Below, piece by piece: positions 55,953 through 61,686 of a stretch of 61,686 nucleotides of DNA (positions are counted from its first letter, which is position 1; the number at the start of each line of letters is the position of its first letter). The notes under the pieces are model-generated. The model had not been told where the DNA came from, did not search any database, and was given only the letters and a program-made list of their open reading frames with translations. The stretch is from Clostridia bacterium (lineage in GTDB: Bacteria; Bacillota; Clostridia; Oscillospirales; CAG-272), in NCBI GenBank assembly GCA_028720145.1, contig JAQYLJ010000050.1, positions 1-61,686 of the forward strand. The letters run 5' to 3'. Made by a program: the position numbers and the translations under genes.

Positions 55953-56132
55953 ATGAAATGCGTTTACTGCGGAAATGAAACTGATTATTTGATTACCGAT
56001 GATAAACCAATCTGCTTTGAGTGCGCACAAAAGCTTCAAATGAAACCATGTGTGAGGTGCGGTAAGTATTTTAGTGAAAAGGACTCTATAGGAAACGAAA
56101 ATTTGTGCTGTCAATGTGCAGAACAAGAATAA
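55953..56132 (+). CDS. 59-aa double zinc-ribbon protein (4x CxxC)
   Basis: The ATG at 55953 lies 8 nt after AAGGATAG. The protein reads MKCVYCGNETDYLITDDKPICFECAQKLQMKPCVRCGKYFSEKDSIGNENLCCQCAEQE. The start is uncertain; an alternative ATG is at 55920. Confidence 0.5.
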   Translation: MKCVYCGNETDYLITDDKPICFECAQKLQMKPCVRCGKYFSEKDSIGNENLCCQCAEQE

Positions 56133-56298
56133 ACTGCAATCTGTAAAATTGATACCCGTTGCTATATGACGGAGAAGCCATTTATCAAACTAATTGCAAT
56201 ACTTGATTTTTCGCCCTCTCCTTTGAAGCAGAGGTCTTTTGGGAAACACTGATTCGACTTAACAACCATCATAGATTCTGAATCATTTGGCATCGAGA

Positions 56299-56327
56299 TT
56301 GACTTGTCTCCCCTGTTGTGTTAGGAT
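56299..56327 (+). promoter_or_regulatory. possible promoter for the 56357 gene
   Basis: TTGACT, a 17-nt spacer, then TGtTAGGAT. Confidence 0.4.
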
Positions 56328-56356
56328 TACCATAGTAAACAATATGGGGATGCAAT

Positions 56357-57136
56357 ATGGAGATATTGGAACTCTGTGAGAGAATCGGTATGCCGAGAGA
56401 GGTGACCGAGCAAGTTCTTTCGCATACCGCTTTTGACAGACAACTGCTCGTAGGAATTACGCATCGAGAAACAGCCGCAGACACCTACCGCGCACTCAAG
56501 GCGCGCTGCCAAAATAGGATGGAACTGCTCGCCTGCTCTCTGCAAGCGGCGCGATTGGCCTATGAAGCATATCGTGCGCTCGGGATCGACGAACGCGTAT
56601 TTATAGACACCATGAAATGCTTTTCCCGCTTTATCGGGGAAACCTATACGAATTGCGGTGTCTATGACTTCGACCGCGGGTGGTGGACCTACCGCCAGCT
56701 ATCGCTCTCGCTCTTCCGCCTCGGTGAACTCGAATACGAGTATTTGGACAGTGAACACAAAGTCTCGATTCACATCCCCTCGGACGCGGATATTTCGCTC
56801 GACTTGTGTCGGGAATCCTACGCACGCTATTTGGAGTTCACAGAGCGGTTCTTCCCCGACAAAGCCGGCTATACGCCGGTCTGTGAATCTTGGCTGCTCT
56901 CCCCCACGCTGAATGAACTGCTCCCGCCGTCGTCGAGAATCCGTGCCTTTGCCTCCTGTTTCTGCGTGACCGCATGGAACCGAGAAGCATCCGACTATCT
57001 GACTTGGATTTACGGGAAATCGACTACCGATTATTCCTCGCTCCCCGAGAATACCTCTCTGCAAAAGAGCGTGAAACAAGTCCTTCTGAACGGGGGGGCA
57101 ATCGGCTCCGCATACGGAGAACTGACGGGTTTTTGA
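56357..57136 (+). CDS. acyltransferase-domain protein (DUF5596 plus GNAT-like C-terminal domain type); assignment tentative
   Basis: 259 aa. The sequence contains WWTYRQLSLSLFRLGELEYEY, HIPSDADISL and CESWLLSP, and it resembles my recollection of this Clostridial family. I cannot verify this without a profile search. Confidence 0.5.
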   Translation: MEILELCERIGMPREVTEQVLSHTAFDRQLLVGITHRETAADTYRALKARCQNRMELLACSLQAARLAYEAYRALGIDERVFIDTMKCFSRFIGETYTNCGVYDFDRGWWTYRQLSLSLFRLGELEYEYLDSEHKVSIHIPSDADISLDLCRESYARYLEFTERFFPDKAGYTPVCESWLLSPTLNELLPPSSRIRAFASCFCVTAWNREASDYLTWIYGKSTTDYSSLPENTSLQKSVKQVLLNGGAIGSAYGELTGF

Positions 57137-57230
57137 CTGCGTACCCGCCTCATCTGCTGCGTCATGGGAAAACCACTCAACGGCTCTCCTATTTCACTTT
57201 TAAACGTCATTTCTTCCCTTTCAAAAAGAT

Positions 57231-57257
57231 AAGAACCGGCTGGGTCAGCCGGTTCTT
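57231..57257. terminator. hairpin terminator between convergent genes
   Basis: AAGAACCGGCTG-GGT-CAGCCGGTTCTT with an A-run upstream, which becomes a T-run for the minus-strand cupin gene. Confidence 0.6.
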
Positions 57258-57284
57258 CGCTATATTTGCCCGATTTGGTGTTCG

Positions 57285-57725
57285 TTATCCCTCTTCCCGT
57301 TCCGCTATCTCCTTGGTGGGATGGACCGTCCCACGCGGGTGTTTCGGCGGTGCGTAAATCGAGTAGACTCTGAGAGGTATGTGCCCGATATTCGTCAGGT
57401 TATGCCATGTCCCTGCGGGAATGATAAAGGCGTCGTTCCCGTTGACTTTCTCCTCTACGATGAAGTCGTCTTTATTCGGACCCATCTGAACAAGACCGTA
57501 TCCGCGCTCGACGCGAATGAACTGATCGGTATCCGGGTGCATCTCCAGTCCGATATCTCCCCCGACGGGAATCGTCATCAGGGTCAGTTGCAAATGGTCG
57601 CCTGTCCAAAGGGCGTTGCGGTAATTCGGATTCATATGCGAGGCGCGGTCGATATTGACGACAAACGGAGCGGGTCCGTAGTCGTGGAGTACGGACTCCC
57701 CGCCATCCGACTGATATCTATTCAT
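57285..57725 (-). CDS. cupin-domain protein
   Basis: The ATG at 57725 follows TAAGGAGA. The cupin motifs are GGDIGLEMHPDTDQFIRVERG and AFIIPAGTWHNLTN; 146 aa. The listed 213-aa ORF extends into the promoter. Confidence 0.8.
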   Translation of the reverse strand: MNRYQSDGGESVLHDYGPAPFVVNIDRASHMNPNYRNALWTGDHLQLTLMTIPVGGDIGLEMHPDTDQFIRVERGYGLVQMGPNKDDFIVEEKVNGNDAFIIPAGTWHNLTNIGHIPLRVYSIYAPPKHPRGTVHPTKEIAEREEG

Positions 57726-57850
57726 GGGTATTCTCCTTATTACGCGTTTGCTAATAGAATATGCCCATCCCCCGCGGTCGGTTCGGTCGTCTCTTCGTCT
57801 CCTTGACAGAAAAACAGCGGAAAATCTCCATCTGAATGCGTGAGTTCCTG

Positions 57851-57879
57851 TTGACTCGTGTCGAATTTCGGTATAAAAT
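57851..57879 (+). promoter_or_regulatory. promoter for the small HTH-like gene
   Basis: TTGACT (57851..57856), a 17-nt spacer, then TAAAAT (57874..57879). Confidence 0.5.
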
Positions 57880-57905
57880 AAGAAAAAACAAAAGCGGAGT
57901 ATGTC

Positions 57906-58196
57906 ATGAGACTCGAAAAATATCACAACAAATACAGTTATGAAAAACTGCGGAAACGCATCAAGAAGAGACGCATGACCATTCGCTCCTTCACACGGCG
58001 CGCGGGCTTAAGCCGCGCCGACTCCTATCGGATGCAGATCGACGAGCTGATGAGCGCGGAAGGTGAATTCGCCGCCTGTCTCTTTCTCGGATGCGACACC
58101 TGCGATATCCGCGACGACCTCGTGGTCGAACCTCCCGAAGTCGAAGAGTTCGATGTCAAAACCCGTACATCCAGAACTACCCGTTACTACATTTGA
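57906..58196 (+). CDS. 96-aa hypothetical protein with a possible N-terminal HTH
   Basis: GCGGAG RBS. YSYEKLRKRIKKRRMTIRSFTRRAGLSRADSYRM resembles an Xre-like HTH. The C-terminus is acidic. Confidence 0.45.
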   Translation: MRLEKYHNKYSYEKLRKRIKKRRMTIRSFTRRAGLSRADSYRMQIDELMSAEGEFAACLFLGCDTCDIRDDLVVEPPEVEEFDVKTRTSRTTRYYI

Positions 58197-58214
58197 GTAA
58201 CGGGCAGTTTTTTT
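58180..58214 (+). terminator. intrinsic terminator
   Basis: CCCGTTACT-ACATTTG-AGTAACGGG followed (after CAG) by TTTTTTT. The stop codon lies in the loop. Confidence 0.75.
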
Positions 58215-58232
58215 GAATGGATAGGATGCGTG

Positions 58233-60305
58233 TTATGCTTCTTTGCGAGCGGCTTCGATCACCTTCTGTGCAATGTTCGCGGGGACCTCGTCATAACGGG
58301 TCACCTCGTAGACGAAGGTACCTCTGCCCTGTGTCATGGCACGGAGCGCAATGACATAATCGGTCATCTCCGACTGCGGCACTTCCGCCACGACGGTTTG
58401 AAGTCCGTCTTTCGGCTCAATCCCGCTCACTCTGCCTCTCCGTTTATTGAGTTCACCCATGACATCGCCGACATAGTCATCCGGCACCGTGACTTCCAGA
58501 GTCCCGACCGGCTCGAGAAGTACCGGCTTCGCCTGCGTCATACCCGCTTTATACGCGAGAGATGCGGCAATCTTGAAGGAGAGTTCATCCGAGTCTACAT
58601 CGTGGTAAGAACCGTCGTACAAATCCGCGACCAACTCGACCATCGGGTATCCGGCGAGGACGCCCTGTTTCATCGCGTCCTGCAATCCTTTTTCCACAGC
58701 AGGATAAAAGTTCTTCGGCACGGCACCACCGACGACAGACACCTTGAAAGTCAGTCCTTCGTCTTCCCCATGGGAGAACCGAATCTTGACATGACCGTAC
58801 TGACCGCGCCCGCCCGACTGTTTCTTGTGTTTTCCTTCCACATCCGCGGTACCGCGAATGGTCTCACGATAAGCGATTTTGGGTTCGGTCAGTTCCACCG
58901 ATACACCGAAACGGCTCTTGAGTTTCGCGATGGTGACATCGAGATGCATATCGCCCAGCCCCGCGACTGTCAACTGCCCGGTTTCGGCATTGTTCTTATA
59001 CGCGAGCGTATAGTCCTCTTCCAATAGGCGGGAAATCCCCTGCGAGATCTTATCCTCGTCCCCTTTGGCTTTCGGCGCGATCCCGCGGACATAGTAGGGT
59101 TTCGGGAACTGAATCGGGTAGAAACGAATATCCTTCGCTCTGCCGGTGAGCGTGTCACAGGTATTGGTAGAAGTCAGTTTCGCCGTCATCCCGATATCGC
59201 CGCAGCAAAGTGTATCGACCTGCGTCTGGGTCTTGCCGCGCACGGTGTAGATATGTCCGAGTTTCTCGGTCACACCGTTCGTGGTGTTCCGAAGCGAAGA
59301 GTCCTTGGAGACCTCGCCCTCCATAACGCGGAAAAATGTCATCTTCCCGATAAACGGGTCGGCAACCGTCTTGAAGACGAAAATGGACGGCGCGGTATTG
59401 TCCTTGATAATCGGCAGATGCCCGATCGTACCGTCTTGATTTAAGATTCTCTCGGCACCTCTCGCGGTCGGACGCGGGAAAGAGTCTGCGATGGTATCGA
59501 GAAAGGTCTTAATCCCCCACATCTTCGTGGCGGCACCGCAGAACACCGGGACGATCTCGCCGTGAATGATGCCCATATGGATGGCTTCCACCGCTTCTTC
59601 GCGCGTGATTTCCTCGCCGTCGAAGAACTTATTCATCAGTTCTTCGCTGGTCTGCGCGATGGACTCGAAGAGCATATTGCGAAATTCATCAATATACTCT
59701 TTTTGATTTTCGGGAATGGGGCTGGCTTGGTATTCCCCCGTCTTCCCGTCAAACATATACATGACCTGCTCGACCAGGTTCGCAAAACCGATGACTTCCC
59801 CGCCCTCAATCAGCGGGATTTGGAGCGGGCAGACCTCCACCCCGAATTTCTCACGGAGCGCGTCGTACACGCGGCGGAATCTCGCCTCGTTATCGTCAAA
59901 GCGGTTGATGAAAAACGCTTTCGGCAGATGCGCCTCGGTCGCCTTCTTCCACGCGAGTTCTGTCCCGACCTGTATCCCGCTCTTCCCGTCGACGACGATC
60001 ACCGCCGCGTCTGCGACACGGATACACTGGCGCACTTCGCCCTCGAAATCAAAATATCCGGGCGTATCCAAAATATTGATTTTCGTGTTTTTCCACATTG
60101 CCGGAGCAATCGATGCTTGCAGAGAGAATCCGCGGCGCACCTCTTCGGGATCGTAGTCGCTCACGGTATTTCCCGCCGAGACACTCCCGAGACGATCTGT
60201 GGCTTTCGTCAAATACAACATCGCCTCGACAAGAGAGGTCTTCCCGCTCCCGCTGTGCCCCAGTAATACGATATTGCGAATTTGTTTCGTCTGAATCGCT
60301 TCCAT
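58233..60305 (-). CDS. elongation factor G paralogue (EF-G2 type)
   Basis: The ATG at 60305 follows AAAGGAGAG; 690 aa. The P-loop is GHSGSGKTS rather than AHVDAGKTT, and the G-domain motifs DTPGYFDF and NRFD are present, as are domains II-V. The gene is monocistronic and not in a str operon. Confidence 0.88.
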   Translation of the reverse strand: MEAIQTKQIRNIVLLGHSGSGKTSLVEAMLYLTKATDRLGSVSAGNTVSDYDPEEVRRGFSLQASIAPAMWKNTKINILDTPGYFDFEGEVRQCIRVADAAVIVVDGKSGIQVGTELAWKKATEAHLPKAFFINRFDDNEARFRRVYDALREKFGVEVCPLQIPLIEGGEVIGFANLVEQVMYMFDGKTGEYQASPIPENQKEYIDEFRNMLFESIAQTSEELMNKFFDGEEITREEAVEAIHMGIIHGEIVPVFCGAATKMWGIKTFLDTIADSFPRPTARGAERILNQDGTIGHLPIIKDNTAPSIFVFKTVADPFIGKMTFFRVMEGEVSKDSSLRNTTNGVTEKLGHIYTVRGKTQTQVDTLCCGDIGMTAKLTSTNTCDTLTGRAKDIRFYPIQFPKPYYVRGIAPKAKGDEDKISQGISRLLEEDYTLAYKNNAETGQLTVAGLGDMHLDVTIAKLKSRFGVSVELTEPKIAYRETIRGTADVEGKHKKQSGGRGQYGHVKIRFSHGEDEGLTFKVSVVGGAVPKNFYPAVEKGLQDAMKQGVLAGYPMVELVADLYDGSYHDVDSDELSFKIAASLAYKAGMTQAKPVLLEPVGTLEVTVPDDYVGDVMGELNKRRGRVSGIEPKDGLQTVVAEVPQSEMTDYVIALRAMTQGRGTFVYEVTRYDEVPANIAQKVIEAARKEA

Positions 60306-60360
60306 AGTTCTCTCCTTTTTTTCTGAATATCCACGGTTTTCCCCGGGATCATCTAGCATT

Positions 60361-60389
60361 ATTATATCGTTTTTTGACCTCCTTTTCAA
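60361..60389 (-). promoter_or_regulatory. promoter of the EF-G2 gene
   Basis: The minus strand reads TTGAAA (60389..60384), a 17-nt spacer, then TATAAT (60366..60361). Confidence 0.65.
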
Positions 60390-60425
60390 CTGTGTTTTTG
60401 CCATTTTTGAACGACAGGCGTAGAA

Positions 60426-60465
60426 ATAAAAAGACGCAAATTGTGCATTTGTTACAATCTGCGTC
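60426..60465 (-). terminator. intrinsic terminator after radA
   Basis: The minus strand reads GACGCAGATTGT-AACAAATGC-ACAATTTGCGTC followed by TTTTTAT. Confidence 0.75.
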
Positions 60466-60479
60466 CTATATCTGTTCAA

Positions 60480-61686
60480 TTATTCTTTGGGTTTCAGATA
60501 GGTGAGAATCTCATAGATACCTTTGACCCCGACGACCTTGACCTCCCCCGGAACAGTGACCGAGAGCGGCAAATTCCGTTTGGGAACCAGAATGGTGCGG
60601 AACCCGAGGCGAATACACTCCTTGACACGGAAATCAATGCTCGATATCCCGCGGATTTCCCCGCCGAGTCCGACCTCGCCCATGGCGACGAGCTTTTCGG
60701 GGACAACCCGATCGGTAAGTCCCGAAATGAGTGCCATCGCGACCGGTAGATCCGCGCCCGGTTCATCGGGGCGAAGTCCTCCTGCCGTATTGAGGTAGAC
60801 GTCGTTTTGAGAGAAATGCAAGCCCAACCGTTTTTCGAGTACGGCGAGCAAAAGGCACATACGGTTATAATCGAACCCGTCTGCCGCACGCTTGGGCGCG
60901 GGATAGACCGTCTGCGAGACGAGCGCCTGTATCTCTGCGAGGACGGGTCTGCTCCCCTCCATCAGACAGCAGGGGCAATTCCCGCTCGTGCCGGGGGTGT
61001 GTTCCGCGAGCATCATTTCCGAGGGATTCGGGATTTCTTTCAGTCCGCGGTCGGTCATGTCGAACACGCCGATTTCATTTGTAGAACCGTAGCGGTTTTT
61101 CATGGCGCGAATAATTCGGAATGACTGGGTTCTGTCCCCCTCGAAATAAAGTACTGCGTCCACCATGTGTTCGAGCACTTTCGGTCCCGAAATACCGCCC
61201 TCTTTGTTGACATGCCCGACGAGGAAGACCGCGACACCGTTCGTCTTGGAATGACGGATAATCGCCATGGCGGACTCGCGCACTTGCGTGACGCTCCCCG
61301 CGGCGGTCGACGACTTTTCGGTATAGACCGTCTGAATTGAGTCGATAATCATGACATCCGGAGAGACCCTGTCGCTCTCGGCGAGAATCGCGTCTACATT
61401 GGTCTCGGTCAGAAGCCAAAGATTATCCGTGCGCATCCCGAGACGGTTATACCGAAGTTTTAACTGCCCGCAGGATTCCTCTCCCGAAACATACAGCACG
61501 CGCTTCCCCGCACAGAGATACCCGCAGATTTGCAGGAGCAAGGTAGATTTCCCGATCCCGGGTTCCCCCGACAGAAGCACCACGGACCCCTCTACGATCC
61601 CGCCGCCGAGGACGCGATCGAGTTCCCCCATGCCTGTGGGAAACCGCAGATATTCCGGCAGTTCCAGTTCCTCAAAGCGTACCGCG
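60480..61686 (-). CDS. radA: DNA repair protein RadA/Sms; the 5' end lies beyond the right edge of the window
   Basis: It has Walker A GEPGIGKST, the KNRFG-like motif (MKNRYGST) and a Lon-like C-terminal domain. The frame stays open upstream of the listed Met to position 61686 (AVRFEELELPEYLRFPTGMGELDRVLGGG). Confidence 0.93.
   Translation of the reverse strand, partial: AVRFEELELPEYLRFPTGMGELDRVLGGGIVEGSVVLLSGEPGIGKSTLLLQICGYLCAGKRVLYVSGEESCGQLKLRYNRLGMRTDNLWLLTETNVDAILAESDRVSPDVMIIDSIQTVYTEKSSTAAGSVTQVRESAMAIIRHSKTNGVAVFLVGHVNKEGGISGPKVLEHMVDAVLYFEGDRTQSFRIIRAMKNRYGSTNEIGVFDMTDRGLKEIPNPSEMMLAEHTPGTSGNCPCCLMEGSRPVLAEIQALVSQTVYPAPKRAADGFDYNRMCLLLAVLEKRLGLHFSQNDVYLNTAGGLRPDEPGADLPVAMALISGLTDRVVPEKLVAMGEVGLGGEIRGISSIDFRVKECIRLGFRTILVPKRNLPLSVTVPGEVKVVGVKGIYEILTYLKPKE

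Noticed and set aside
56140-56175. Candidate right-end att repeat of the islet (GATACCCGTTGC versus the tRNA 3' end GTTACCCGCACC).
   Set aside because: Only about 6-8 matching bases, which is indistinguishable from chance by eye. A computed alignment is needed before claiming islet boundaries.

Overview
61.7 kb chromosomal window from a moderately GC-rich, spore-forming Firmicute (Clostridia-like; inferred from gene content only). It is almost entirely conserved housekeeping sequence. Positions 1-4220 hold an edge-truncated M16 peptidase, which is absent from the ORF track, and a DUF1846 gene. Positions 5058-22146 are a 14-gene co-directional minus-strand array: trmH-like, dprA, topA, trmFO, plsX, rnc, smc, ftsY, rdgB, yhbY, nadD, yqeK, rsfS, leuS. 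Next comes the infC-rpmI-rplT operon, with an ATT start and an L20-leader attenuator. A plus-strand block follows: lon, engB, an M50-like protease, scpA, scpB, ytfI/ytfJ-like sporulation genes, a D-Ala-D-Ala carboxypeptidase and rluB. rpe and an ispD-ispF operon sit on the minus strand. The dcw cluster runs mraZ, rsmH, an FtsL-position protein, a PASTA-containing PBP, murE, murF, mraY, ftsW/spoVE, murG, ftsZ, with no murD, ftsQ or ftsA. The only accessory-looking DNA is 47.7-58.2 kb. It contains a 2-hydroxyacid dehydrogenase plus TIM-barrel isomerase pair. It also has an AraC-divergent operon of three redox enzymes (a truncated OYE/Fe-S ene-reductase, an SDR and a 636-aa FAD protein). A stand-alone tRNA-Leu(UAG) there is followed by an AT-rich ~1.6 kb islet, and beyond that lie a GNAT-like/cupin/small-HTH trio. 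The islet carries convergent heptamer arrays, an Xre-type switch with palindromic operators over a consensus promoter, a lipoprotein and a 4xCxxC mini-protein, but no recombinase. The window ends with an EF-G2-type paralogue and an edge-truncated radA. I saw no CRISPR array, rRNA, transposase or recognisable defence system. The two best candidates for something undescribed are the tRNA-adjacent islet and the tri-oxidoreductase operon; both calls are inference.
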